Shown in pieces: positions 53,223 through 62,754 of a stretch of 64,000 bases of DNA. Origin of the DNA: an uncultured Bacilli bacterium. Its GTDB lineage: Bacteria > Bacillota_I > Bacilli_A > RF39 > UBA660. A program made the translations under genes and the position numbers. The notes below the pieces were generated by a model. The model saw nothing but the letters and a program-made list of their open reading frames with translations, did not search any database and was not told the origin of the DNA. Each line of letters opens with the position of its first letter. Positions within the stretch are counted from its first letter, which is position 1. Where the stretch lies: assembly GCA_947626115.1 (NCBI GenBank), contig CANQQX010000002.1:2871-66870 (forward strand). The letters are read 5' to 3'.

Positions 53223-54599
53223 ATGCATAATATTTATGTAAAAGATGTTACTCAAAAATGTCATGGTAAACTTATTCAAGGTGCGTTAGATACACCTTTA
53301 ATAAGTTTTTCCAAAGATACAAGAACTATCCAAAAAGGTGATGTTTTTGTTGGTATTAAAGGAACTAATTTTGATGGTAATAATATGTATGAAGAAGCTT
53401 TAGAAAAAGGCGCAATTGGTTGTATTTTAAATAAAGATACTATAGTTAATGAATATTATTTAAATAAATATTCTGATACTTTTATAATTTTAGTAGATGA
53501 TACAATAGAAACTTTACAAAAACTAGCGAGTTATAAAAGAAGTTTATATGATATCCCGGTTATCGCTATTACTGGTAGTGTAGGTAAAACTTCTACCAAA
53601 GATATTGTAGCTTCCGTCTTAGAAGAAAAATATCATGTTTTAAAAACATTAGGCAATTTAAACAATCATATAGGTTTGCCTTTAACTATTTTATCTTTGA
53701 AAGATGAAGATGCCCTAGTAGTTGAAATGGGTATGAATAATTTAGGCGAAATTAATACACTATCTAAAATAGCTAGACCTACAATTGGCATTATTACTAA
53801 TATTGGTACTGCACATATAGGAAATTTAGGTAGTAGAGAAAATATTTTAAAAGCTAAACTTGAAATATTAGATGGGATGGATAATGGCATCTTAATTATC
53901 AATAATGATAATGATTTATTACATGATTGGTATTTAAAAAATAAACATAATTTAAAGATAGTTACTTATGGCATTAATAATCAAAGCGATTTTAATGCCA
54001 AAGATATTAATCTAAATGAATTATTTAGTACTTTTATGGTAGATAATGAAAATTATCAAATAAATATTCCTGGTGATCATTTTATTTTAAATGCTTTAGT
54101 AGGTATAACCATCGGTAATCTATTTAATATATCTACTGAAAAAATAAAAAATGGTCTAGAGAATTTTACTTTATCTAAAAATAGGATGGAGATAGAAAAA
54201 GTAAACAATTATACGATTATTAATGATTCTTACAATGCTAATTATGATTCTATGGTTAGTGCCATAAATTATTTAGGATCACTAAAATCTCATAAAATAG
54301 CTGTCTTAGGTGATATGTTAGAGTTAGGTAAATATTCGGAAAAACTACACCGTAATTTGGCTAAAGTTTTATTAGATAATAAAATAGATATCGTAATAAC
54401 TGTTGGTAATAATGCTAAATATATATCTTCGGAATTATTAAATTTAAATTTTAATAAAAATAATCTTTATTCATATAATTCTAATAAGGATGCCATTAAT
54501 AAATTAAAAGGAATTATCAAAGATGATGATACTATTTTAATTAAAGCATCAAATGGTATGCATTTTAAAGAAATTTATGAGGCATTAAAAGGGGATTAG
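53223..54599 (+). CDS. murF: UDP-N-acetylmuramoyl-tripeptide--D-alanyl-D-alanine ligase
   Basis: ITGSVGKTSTKD, NLNNHIGLPLTIL, EMGMN and NDSYNAN motifs. Confidence 0.92.
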   Translation: MHNIYVKDVTQKCHGKLIQGALDTPLISFSKDTRTIQKGDVFVGIKGTNFDGNNMYEEALEKGAIGCILNKDTIVNEYYLNKYSDTFIILVDDTIETLQKLASYKRSLYDIPVIAITGSVGKTSTKDIVASVLEEKYHVLKTLGNLNNHIGLPLTILSLKDEDALVVEMGMNNLGEINTLSKIARPTIGIITNIGTAHIGNLGSRENILKAKLEILDGMDNGILIINNDNDLLHDWYLKNKHNLKIVTYGINNQSDFNAKDINLNELFSTFMVDNENYQINIPGDHFILNALVGITIGNLFNISTEKIKNGLENFTLSKNRMEIEKVNNYTIINDSYNANYDSMVSAINYLGSLKSHKIAVLGDMLELGKYSEKLHRNLAKVLLDNKIDIVITVGNNAKYISSELLNLNFNKNNLYSYNSNKDAINKLKGIIKDDDTILIKASNGMHFKEIYEALKGD

Positions 54600-54605
54600 A
54601 TTTAA

Positions 54606-55646
54606 ATGAAATTAGCAGTTATCTTTGGTGGTAAGTCAACAGAACATGATGTTTCAGTTGTCTCTGGTACATCTATAATTGCTAATTTAAATCCAGAAAA
54701 GTACCAAATTTATCCAATTTATATTGATAAGTTTGGTACTTTTTATGCTTGTCCATATAATAAAAAAATCTTATCTTTAGGAGAATCTCCCCAAAATTTA
54801 AAAAGAATAGATAATATATTTGCTTATTTAAAAAATATAGATGTAGTATTTCCAGTGTTACATGGTAAATATGGTGAAGATGGTACTATTCAAGGTATGC
54901 TTGATTTATTAGATAAAAAATATGTTGGGTGTCATACATTATCATCAACTATTTGTATGGATAAAGTATATACGAAAATAATATTAAATAGCGCTGGTAT
55001 TAAACAAGCAGATTATTTAGTTGTAAAAAAATATCAAAATGAATATAAAATACTAGATAATTCTTATCACGAAAGTATGCATAATAGTGTTAGCTTAATA
55101 AATTTTATTAATAACAAATTTAATTATCCCATATTTATAAAGCCATCTAAATCAGGATCATCTATTGGGGTTACTAAAGCAGAAGTAGAAGATGAATTAA
55201 TTAATGCTATAGAAGATGCTTTTAAATATGATGATAAAATTTTAATTGAAGAAGGAATAATAGGAAGAGAAGTAGAATGTGCTATTTTAGGAAATGATGA
55301 ATTAATAGCAAGTCCGATTGGCGAAATTAAAACCGATACTTCTTTTTATTCTTATGACTCTAAATATAAAAGTGAAAATGAACAAACTTTGATTCCTAAC
55401 GATATTTCATTTGATATAACTAATAAAATTAAAAATATTGCTAAAAAAGCTTTTCAAGTTTGTGATTGTAAAGGTCTTGCGCGAATAGATTTCTTTATTA
55501 AGAATGATAATGAAATTATTTTAAATGAGATAAATACAATGCCAGGTTTTACTAGCATTTCAATGTATCCTAAATTAATGCAAGAATATGGTTATGACTA
55601 TAAAACTCTTTTAGATAAATTAATTGAATTAGCAAAAAACTCCTAA
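54606..55646 (+). CDS. ddl: D-alanine--D-alanine ligase
   Basis: KLAVIFGGKSTEHDVSVVSG, HGKYGEDGTIQG and EINTMPGFT motifs. Confidence 0.92.
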   Translation: MKLAVIFGGKSTEHDVSVVSGTSIIANLNPEKYQIYPIYIDKFGTFYACPYNKKILSLGESPQNLKRIDNIFAYLKNIDVVFPVLHGKYGEDGTIQGMLDLLDKKYVGCHTLSSTICMDKVYTKIILNSAGIKQADYLVVKKYQNEYKILDNSYHESMHNSVSLINFINNKFNYPIFIKPSKSGSSIGVTKAEVEDELINAIEDAFKYDDKILIEEGIIGREVECAILGNDELIASPIGEIKTDTSFYSYDSKYKSENEQTLIPNDISFDITNKIKNIAKKAFQVCDCKGLARIDFFIKNDNEIILNEINTMPGFTSISMYPKLMQEYGYDYKTLLDKLIELAKNS

Positions 55647-55659
55647 TTAGGAGTTTTTT
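55634..55659. terminator. Bidirectional terminator shared by convergent genes
   Basis: Perfect palindrome AAAAAACTCCTAA|TTAGGAGTTTTTT. The ddl stop (TAA, 55644-55646) and the minus-strand XRE stop (55643-55645) both lie inside it. Confidence 0.7.
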
Positions 55660-55867
55660 CACGAGTTTTTTCATCTAAATTTAAAATATAATCAGCAGAT
55701 ACATTTAAATATTTACATATCTTTGGTAAATATGTAACTGGCATAATATTTACCCCTTTTTCATATCTAGCATATTGTTGTTGTTTAATTCCTAAATAAT
55801 CTGCAATTTCTTTTTGGGTAATATTTTTACTTTCTCTTATCCATTGAATTTTTTCATTATAATACAA
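55643..55867 (-). CDS. XRE-family helix-turn-helix regulator
   Basis: NITQKEIADYLGIKQQQYARYEKG is a Cro/C1-type HTH. Confidence 0.8.
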   Translation of the reverse strand: MYYNEKIQWIRESKNITQKEIADYLGIKQQQYARYEKGVNIMPVTYLPKICKYLNVSADYILNLDEKTREKTPN

Positions 55868-55912
55868 TTTATATCACCTAGATAACTAATATCATTTTTT
55901 ACAACAAATATG

Positions 55913-55941
55913 TTGAATTGTGAACTCTTGTGTTGTATAAT
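55913..55941 (+). promoter_or_regulatory. Sigma-A promoter for the 56038 gene
   Basis: TTGAAT (55913-55918), a 17-nt spacer, then TATAAT (55936-55941). Confidence 0.6.
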
Positions 55942-56037
55942 TTAATTACAATAGATGTGTAGTAAAACATAGTAATATTTATAATATTTTACATATTAAA
56001 TATGAATACTAACAATAAACAGAGAAGGTTATTATAG

Positions 56038-57483
56038 ATGAAAAAAGTAATAAAAAATAATTATAAAATAATAATTGCTTTTATATTAGGTTTAATAATA
56101 TCTGGAACAACAGTATATGCAGTTGATGCTTATATCGAAAGTAATAAAGTTGCCTATAATAATCATAATAAAAGTAATGTTGAAGAAGCTATAGATGAGT
56201 TATATGAAAAAAGTGGAGTTCATAAAAATAAATGGGTAGATTCTGAACTTAATGGAGCAGATCCAGTATTAAAAAGTCCATTAATACCAGTTGAGATAAA
56301 GAATAATGGAGATGTATATTATGCTAGTTTAAATAGTGAATGGTATAATTATGGTGAAAAAAGATGGGCGAATGCTATTATATTAGTAGATAGTCCCAGT
56401 AATACAAATTATAAAGAAGGAGATCATATTCTAGAAAATGACATTGAAAGTTATTTTGTGTGGATACCAAGATATCAATATAAAATATGGGATTTAGGAA
56501 AATATACTAGTGCTCCGGATGGTAAAACTTTAGTAAATAATGATTATGCAACATCAACAACCCAAGCAATTAATAAAGCAAGAATAATAGATATCCAATT
56601 TGGAAATATAGCAACAATACCTAAAATGGCAGAGCCAAGTACAACAGGAGTATATTATACTCATCCAGCCTTTACTTTAGGAAATAAAGATTTAAATGGT
56701 ATCTGGGTCGGCAAATTTGAAACTGGTGGAACAAATGCTAGTAATATGGTAGTAAAGCCAGATGTTAATTCATGGCGTAATGGAAAATTAAAAACATTTT
56801 ACGATGCTGCGAAACAATATGCAAGTGAATTAGATAGCCATATGGTAAAAAATACGGAATGGGGAGCAGTAGCATATCTTTCTCATTCCAAATATGGTAT
56901 TGGGACAGAAGTGAATATCAATAATGCAAATGATTATAAAACCGGCTATTCTGCGGCACCTAATACAAATCAAAGTACTGCTTTAGGGGATGTTGGTGAT
57001 AGTACTGATGAGACAAAAACTCAACCATGGAATACGTTAACTGGTTATTTAGCAAGTACAACGGGAAATATAACTGGCGTATATGATATGAGTGGGGGAG
57101 CAGGAGAGTATGTTGCTGGATGCATGAAAGGTATTGTTAGTAATAGTGGTTTTGACGCTTCAACTTTAGCAAGTGAAATGGCAGCTGGTTATATAGATGA
57201 ATATTCTGCCGATAGTAAAGAAATTTCTTATGATAAAAGAATACTTGGAGATGCGACAGGCGAGATGGGGCCATTTTATCAATATTATAGTGGTACTGGT
57301 GCAAACCATTATCATAATGGTTGGTATGGTGATATTTCTCATTTTGTTGAAACTTCAACTCCTTGCTTTCATCGTGGGGGAAGTCGTGCTGATGGTGGTT
57401 TAGGTGGTCAATTTTATTTTGCTAGATGGAATGGCGATATAAATGATATGTATGGCTTTAGAGTTGCATTAGATTTTAATTAA
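56038..57483 (+). CDS. N-terminally anchored extracellular protein, FGE-sulfatase(SUMF1)-like domain suspected
   Basis: N-terminal helix IIIAFILGLIISGTTVYA. HPAFT...GIWVGKFE...NTEWGAVAYL...YGFRVAL resembles the spacing of FGE-sulfatase-fold proteins. A-ending codon bias is atypical for the window. Confidence 0.4.
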   Translation: MKKVIKNNYKIIIAFILGLIISGTTVYAVDAYIESNKVAYNNHNKSNVEEAIDELYEKSGVHKNKWVDSELNGADPVLKSPLIPVEIKNNGDVYYASLNSEWYNYGEKRWANAIILVDSPSNTNYKEGDHILENDIESYFVWIPRYQYKIWDLGKYTSAPDGKTLVNNDYATSTTQAINKARIIDIQFGNIATIPKMAEPSTTGVYYTHPAFTLGNKDLNGIWVGKFETGGTNASNMVVKPDVNSWRNGKLKTFYDAAKQYASELDSHMVKNTEWGAVAYLSHSKYGIGTEVNINNANDYKTGYSAAPNTNQSTALGDVGDSTDETKTQPWNTLTGYLASTTGNITGVYDMSGGAGEYVAGCMKGIVSNSGFDASTLASEMAAGYIDEYSADSKEISYDKRILGDATGEMGPFYQYYSGTGANHYHNGWYGDISHFVETSTPCFHRGGSRADGGLGGQFYFARWNGDINDMYGFRVALDFN

Positions 57484-57505
57484 CACTTTTTAAAGTGTTT
57501 TTTTC
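57482..57505 (+). terminator. Intrinsic terminator
   Basis: AACACTTT (57482-57489) pairs with AAAGTGTT (57492-57499), followed by T6. Confidence 0.7.
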
Positions 57506-57553
57506 TTAATATTGAAAAAGACGCTTATATTTGATAGAATTATTTTGAGAGTG

Positions 57554-57805
57554 ATGGTATTTATGGATAAGACTAGTATATTTAATGTTGCAGCTTTAAG
57601 ACAAGAAATGATTTTAATTACAATTAATGAAATCATTACATCTTTAGAAAAAAAAGGCTATAAAGCAGAAAATCAATTAGTAGGTTATTTATTAACAGGG
57701 GATCCTACTTATATTTCTAATTTTGAAGGTGCTCGTGAAAAGATTAAAACATTAAAAAGAGAAGAAGTTTTACTAGCGCTTATCAACTCATATGAAGGTA
57801 AATAA
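57554..57805 (+). CDS. IreB family regulatory phosphoprotein (UPF0297/DUF965)
   Basis: DKTSIFN...EKKGYKAENQLVGYLLTGDPTYIS...AREKI. The alternative start ATG 57563 is equally plausible. Confidence 0.8.
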   Translation: MVFMDKTSIFNVAALRQEMILITINEIITSLEKKGYKAENQLVGYLLTGDPTYISNFEGAREKIKTLKREEVLLALINSYEGK

Positions 57806-58221
57806 TGCGGTATTTAGGTTTAGATTTAGGAACAACTACTTTAGGGATAAGTATAAGTGATAAAACGAATACTTTAGTAAGTCCCTTAAAAGTTATTAAA
57901 TTTTCTTTTGAAGACTATGCAAGTGTTATAGATGAATTAAAAGAAATAATAAGTAATTATAATATTACTGAAGTAGTTTTAGGATTACCTAAAAATATGG
58001 ATGGTAGTATGGGGTTTGCCAGTAAAAGAAGTCTTGATTTTAAAGAACTACTTGAGAAGAATAATATTTCCGTTATTTTAGAAGATGAAAGACTTACTAC
58101 TAAATTGTCTGAAAATATTATTCATAGTAATAATGAAAATATAAAAAATACGAAAAATAAAATAGATGCTATCGCAGCCTGTCTTATATTAGAAAGTTAT
58201 TTAAAACGGGTGAATAAATGA
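57805..58221 (+). CDS. ruvX: Holliday-junction-resolvase-like nuclease YqgF/RuvX
   Basis: RYLGLDLGTTTLGISISD, GLPKNMDGS and DERLTT motifs. Confidence 0.9.
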   Translation: MRYLGLDLGTTTLGISISDKTNTLVSPLKVIKFSFEDYASVIDELKEIISNYNITEVVLGLPKNMDGSMGFASKRSLDFKELLEKNNISVILEDERLTTKLSENIIHSNNENIKNTKNKIDAIAACLILESYLKRVNK

Positions 58222-58421
58222 TAATTGAAAATAATAAAGGAATTAAAAAAGAATTTAAATTACTTTTTAAAATAGAAAAAGATAACAATATTTATTTAAT
58301 TTATCAAGATAATTATAGTAAACAAGTATATGCAGGTAAACAAAATAAAGATAATTTAAAAAAATTAAATGATAAAGAAGTAGATTTAATTAATAATTTA
58401 CTTAAAAAAATAGAAGAATAG
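58218..58421 (+). CDS. DUF1292 family protein (YrzB position)
   Basis: Small ORF overlapping the ruvX stop. Same position as yrzB in the Bacillus yrr cluster. Confidence 0.5.
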   Translation: MIIENNKGIKKEFKLLFKIEKDNNIYLIYQDNYSKQVYAGKQNKDNLKKLNDKEVDLINNLLKKIEE

Positions 58422-58433
58422 AAGTGGTTAGAG

Positions 58434-59486
58434 ATGAAATTAAAGAAAAGTGTTAAAAGAATAATAATAGTAGTAATATGTATTTTAGTAGTAATTTTAC
58501 TTATGATAGGTATGTATTTTTATGGCTTAACTAGTGTTAGTAAAAAATCAGAGAAAGTTAAATTTAATGTTGAATCAGGTACTAGTACCAGAGAAATAGT
58601 CGATAATTTAGCTAAATCTAAATTAATTAAAAGTAAAATAGCAACTTTAATTTATTTAAAATTAAATCGTAATATTATTATCCAAGCTGGTACTTATGAA
58701 TTAGATCGTAATTTAGATACCAAAGAAATATTAGAAAAATTAAATAGTGGTAAAATAGTTAAAAATACCGTTACTATTACCTTTATTGAAGGTAAAAAAG
58801 TTACTGATTATGCTAAACTTATTCATGAGAAATTAGGTTATAGTGAAGAAGAAATATATAAAGTAATAAAAGATCAAGAATATTTAAAAGAATTAATTAA
58901 AAAATATGATTTTTTAGATGATTCTATATTAAATAGTAATTTGTATTATCCTTTAGAAGGTTACTTATTTCCAGCTACTTATGAATTCTATAAAGATGAG
59001 AGTATTAAGAGTATATTAGAAAAAATGCTTGATAAATGTGGCAATGTGTTAGATAATTATAGTGCTGCCATTAATGCATCTAAGTATAGTATTCATGAAA
59101 TTTTAACAATGGCTAGTATTATTGAGAACGAAACTATGGCCAAAGATGATCGGCCTATAGTTAGTCAAATAATTTATAAAAGATTGGATTCAAATATGGC
59201 TTTAGGAATGGATGTTACAACATCTTATGGTGTGCAAAAGGAAATAGTTGATGGCCTATCAGATAGTGACCTAGATAGTCAAAATGCATATAATACAAGT
59301 GTAAGAAATAAAACTGTGAAAGGTCTTCCGGTTGGACCAATCAGTAATCCAAGTGAAGATTCTCTAAAAGCAGTATTTAATCCAGCTTCAACTAGTTATC
59401 TTTATTTTTACGCAGATAAAGATGGCAAATTACATTTTGCTAATACATATGCTGAACATCAAGAATTGATTCGACAATATAGTTAG
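58434..59486 (+). CDS. mltG: Endolytic murein transglycosylase MltG (YceG-like)
   Basis: N-terminal TM helix, GTYELDRNLDTKEILEKL, LTMASIIENE and YNTSVRNKTVKGLPVGPISNPS. Confidence 0.88.
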   Translation: MKLKKSVKRIIIVVICILVVILLMIGMYFYGLTSVSKKSEKVKFNVESGTSTREIVDNLAKSKLIKSKIATLIYLKLNRNIIIQAGTYELDRNLDTKEILEKLNSGKIVKNTVTITFIEGKKVTDYAKLIHEKLGYSEEEIYKVIKDQEYLKELIKKYDFLDDSILNSNLYYPLEGYLFPATYEFYKDESIKSILEKMLDKCGNVLDNYSAAINASKYSIHEILTMASIIENETMAKDDRPIVSQIIYKRLDSNMALGMDVTTSYGVQKEIVDGLSDSDLDSQNAYNTSVRNKTVKGLPVGPISNPSEDSLKAVFNPASTSYLYFYADKDGKLHFANTYAEHQELIRQYS

Positions 59487-59494
59487 GTGGTAAT

Positions 59495-60091
59495 ATGAAA
59501 CAAACAATCTTGGAAATGGAAGAATACGCAAGTGAGAAAAATGTTCCCATTATTGAGAAAAAATCAATTGCGTTTATTATGAAATACATTAAGGAACATA
59601 ATGTCAAAAATATTTTAGAAATAGGATCAGCTATTGGATACTCAGCTATTTTAATGGCTGGTGCTTCAGAAGATGTCTTTGTTACAACTATTGAAAGAGA
59701 TGAAGAAAGATACATGGAATGCTTAAAAAATGTTAAAAAATGTGGCATGGATAAGAAAATTAATGTTGTCTTTCAAGATGCTTTAGATGTCAATTTATCA
59801 GAAGATGTTAAATATGATTTAATCTTTATTGATGCTGCTAAAGGTCAATATACGAAATTCTTTGAAAAATATAAATATTTCTTAAAGAGTAATGGGGCAA
59901 TTATTTCTGATAACTTAAAATTTCATGGTTATGTGGGTGATTCTGATAATATTGAAAGTAAAAACTTAAAAAGTTTAGTTAAGAAAATTGAAAGTTATAT
60001 CGATTATTTAAAAGAAAATCCTGAATTTGAAACTAAATTCTATGATATAGGTGATGGACTTTCAGTGAGTACCTGGAAAAATGAAAAGTAA
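59495..60091 (+). CDS. Class I SAM-dependent O-methyltransferase (YrrM/TrmR-like)
   Basis: ILEIGSAIGYSAI (motif I) and LIFIDAAKGQY. Synteny with the U32 peptidase genes. Confidence 0.8.
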   Translation: MKQTILEMEEYASEKNVPIIEKKSIAFIMKYIKEHNVKNILEIGSAIGYSAILMAGASEDVFVTTIERDEERYMECLKNVKKCGMDKKINVVFQDALDVNLSEDVKYDLIFIDAAKGQYTKFFEKYKYFLKSNGAIISDNLKFHGYVGDSDNIESKNLKSLVKKIESYIDYLKENPEFETKFYDIGDGLSVSTWKNEK

Positions 60092-60863
60092 AATATTAAT
60101 TACTTTAAATAAAGAAGAAGATATTAAAGCTTTAAAAGAATTAGGAATTAATAACTATATTTATCCTCTAGAAGGATTTTGTGTAGGTTATCCTAATACT
60201 TTTTTAATTTCTAAAATACCTGATAATAGTTATATTTTAGTAAATAGAATACTTGATAATAAAGGAATAGATGATTTATCTAAAATAATTAATAAAAACT
60301 CAAATAAATTTAAAGGTATTATTTTTGATGATTTAGGAGTTTTACAAATAATTAAAGATTTAAAAATGGAAAAAATTCTATATTTAAGTCATTTTAATAC
60401 TAATAAAAAGTCTATTAAAATTTATTTAGATTATGTTGATTCTGTTATCGTATCTACTGATATTACTAAAGAAGAAGTAAAAGATATAGTTAACTATTTA
60501 CCAAATAAATTAACTCTTTTTGTTTTAGGTTATGTGGGTGCCATGTATTCAAGAAGACATCTTTTAGATAACTATGCTAAATTTCATCAAATACCTTATC
60601 AAAATGAATTAAATATTACTAATACTAATCATGATTTTTTAGTAATGGAAAATGAATATGGTACTTATTTTTATCATACTCCTTTATTTAATGGTTTAGA
60701 GTTATTAGAATTACCTGCTAAATATTACTTTATTAATAGTGCATTTTTAAGTGTTCAAGATATTAAAGAATTACTAGAAGGTACATCTAAATTAGAAACA
60801 GATACTGGATTTTTATATCAAGAAACCATCTTTAAATTGAAAGGAGGAGAAAATAATGACTGA
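60081..60863 (+). CDS. Peptidase U32 family protein (YrrN-like)
   Basis: Position and size match the yrrN partner of yrrO. Weak U32-like pattern. Confidence 0.55.
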   Translation: MKSKILITLNKEEDIKALKELGINNYIYPLEGFCVGYPNTFLISKIPDNSYILVNRILDNKGIDDLSKIINKNSNKFKGIIFDDLGVLQIIKDLKMEKILYLSHFNTNKKSIKIYLDYVDSVIVSTDITKEEVKDIVNYLPNKLTLFVLGYVGAMYSRRHLLDNYAKFHQIPYQNELNITNTNHDFLVMENEYGTYFYHTPLFNGLELLELPAKYYFINSAFLSVQDIKELLEGTSKLETDTGFLYQETIFKLKGGENND

Positions 60864-62028
60864 GCTACTTTCTCCCGCTGGCGATTTAGAAAGATTAAAA
60901 ATAGCCCTTTTATATGGGGCAGATGCGGTTTATATTGGTGGTAAAGATTATAGTTTAAGAGCGAATGCGAAAAATTTTAGTATTGCTGAAATTAAAGAAG
61001 CATGTGACTTTGCCCATAATTTAAAGAAAAAAGTTTATGTAACAGTTAATATTGTTTTTCATGATAAAGATTTAGTTGGTTTAGATGAATACTTAGATAA
61101 ATTAAAAAATGTAGGAGTAGATGCGGTTATTGTGAGTGATATTGTGGCAGTCACTTTAGCAATAGATAAAAAAATACCAGTTATCTTATCAACCCAAGCA
61201 AGTATTTTAAATTATGAAGCCATTAAATTTTGGCAAGATTTAGGTGTTGAAAGATTTGTATTAGGAAGAGAAGCTACGAGAGAAGATATCATTAAAATAA
61301 AAAGAGAAACAAATGCCGATATTGAATGCTTCATTCATGGAGCCATGTGTACATCAATAAGTGGTAAGTGCGTTTTATCAAATTATACTACTAATAGAGA
61401 TTCAAATCGGGGTGGGTGTGCCCAAATATGTAGATGGGTCTTTGAAACTCCAGATAAACCAGATTTTACTTTAATGAGTAAAGATTTAAATATGGTTGAC
61501 TATATTGAAGATATGATTAATATTGGTGTAAATTCTTTTAAAATAGAAGGAAGAATGCGTTCAGTATATTATGTTGCTACAGTAATTAATTGTTATCGTA
61601 AAATTATTGATGGTATAAATAATCACACTTTAACAGATAAAGAAAAAATTTATTATAAAAACATATTAGATCGAGTATCTAATCGTGATACTGTACCGCA
61701 ATTTTACCAAAAATTTCCAGGAGTTAATGAAAGTTATTTTCAAGATCGGATGGAAGTAAGTAATCAAGATTTTGTAGGTATTGTTCTAAATTATGATAAA
61801 AAGAATAAACAAGTTTTAATTGAACAACGAAACTATTTTAAAGTTGGTGATGTAGTCGAATTTTTTGGACCAAATATGGAAGAATATACATATACTATTA
61901 AAGAAATTATAGATGAAGAAAATAATATTATAGAGATAGCTAATCACCCAATGATGCATGTTTATTTACCTTTAGACATAGAATTAGAGAAATACACAAT
62001 GATGCGTTTAAAATTATTTGACAAATAG
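60856..62028 (+). CDS. Peptidase U32 family protein (YrrO/TrhP-like)
   Basis: ELLSPAGDLERLKIALLYGADAVYIGG, CFIHGAMCTSISGKCVLSNY and FKIEGRMRS. Confidence 0.88.
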   Translation: MTELLSPAGDLERLKIALLYGADAVYIGGKDYSLRANAKNFSIAEIKEACDFAHNLKKKVYVTVNIVFHDKDLVGLDEYLDKLKNVGVDAVIVSDIVAVTLAIDKKIPVILSTQASILNYEAIKFWQDLGVERFVLGREATREDIIKIKRETNADIECFIHGAMCTSISGKCVLSNYTTNRDSNRGGCAQICRWVFETPDKPDFTLMSKDLNMVDYIEDMINIGVNSFKIEGRMRSVYYVATVINCYRKIIDGINNHTLTDKEKIYYKNILDRVSNRDTVPQFYQKFPGVNESYFQDRMEVSNQDFVGIVLNYDKKNKQVLIEQRNYFKVGDVVEFFGPNMEEYTYTIKEIIDEENNIIEIANHPMMHVYLPLDIELEKYTMMRLKLFDK

Positions 62029-62077
62029 ATAATTTAGTAGTATCATTTTGTAAGTCAACGAAAAGGAGAAATTTTTA

Positions 62078-62545
62078 ATGAAAAAAGAAGATTTATTCGA
62101 ACTAACTGCTGAAGGATATTTAGAGTTAGAGACTGAGTTAAATGAACTTAAAAATGTTAAAAGAAAAGAAGTTATTACGGCTTTAAAAGAAGCAAGAGCA
62201 ATGGGAGACTTATCAGAAAATGCTGATTATGATGCTGCCCGTAATGATCAAGCTCAAATTGAAGCTAGAATAAAAGAATTAGAATATAAACTAGAACATA
62301 GTAAAATAGTAGATAAGAAAAAGGGAAGTAAGATTGGTATAGGTTCTGTTGTTACTATTAAAGATGATGATGGTGACGAAGAAGAATATAAAATAGTTTC
62401 ATCAGTTGAAGCTGACCCATTTAATAATAAAATATCAGTAGAATCTCCAATAGGTATTGCTATTAAAGGACATAAATCAGGTGATACAGTTCTAGTTGAA
62501 AGTCCAAATGGTGGATATAATATTACAATATTAAAAGTGGCTTAA
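62078..62545 (+). CDS. greA: Transcription elongation factor GreA
   Basis: LTAEGYLELETELNELK...EARAMGDLSENADYDAARNDQA. Confidence 0.93.
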   Translation: MKKEDLFELTAEGYLELETELNELKNVKRKEVITALKEARAMGDLSENADYDAARNDQAQIEARIKELEYKLEHSKIVDKKKGSKIGIGSVVTIKDDDGDEEEYKIVSSVEADPFNNKISVESPIGIAIKGHKSGDTVLVESPNGGYNITILKVA

Positions 62546-62559
62546 TTAGCCATTTTTTT
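62538..62559 (+). terminator. Intrinsic terminator overlapping the greA stop
   Basis: TGGCT (62538-62542) pairs with AGCCA (62548-62552), followed by T7. Confidence 0.65.
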
Positions 62560-62698
62560 AATGTAAAAATTTTCTATCTACTTTTATGTCAAGTAAAAAT
62601 AAAAAAATATTTATAAGAAACAAATAGAATGATATAATAAAAATATACAGTAATACGATATTGAGTTTACATTCCCTGTGTAAAATTAAAAAAATCAG

Positions 62699-62726
62699 TT
62701 GATTTTCGGGGGGGGTAATATATACT
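62699..62726 (+). promoter_or_regulatory. Candidate promoter with a G8 homopolymer in the spacer
   Basis: TTGATT (62699-62704), a 16-nt spacer containing GGGGGGGG (62708-62715), then TATACT (62721-62726). Lies 29 nt upstream of ATG 62755. Confidence 0.4.
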
Positions 62727-62754
62727 TATCTTATAAAGGTAGAAAGGATCTATT

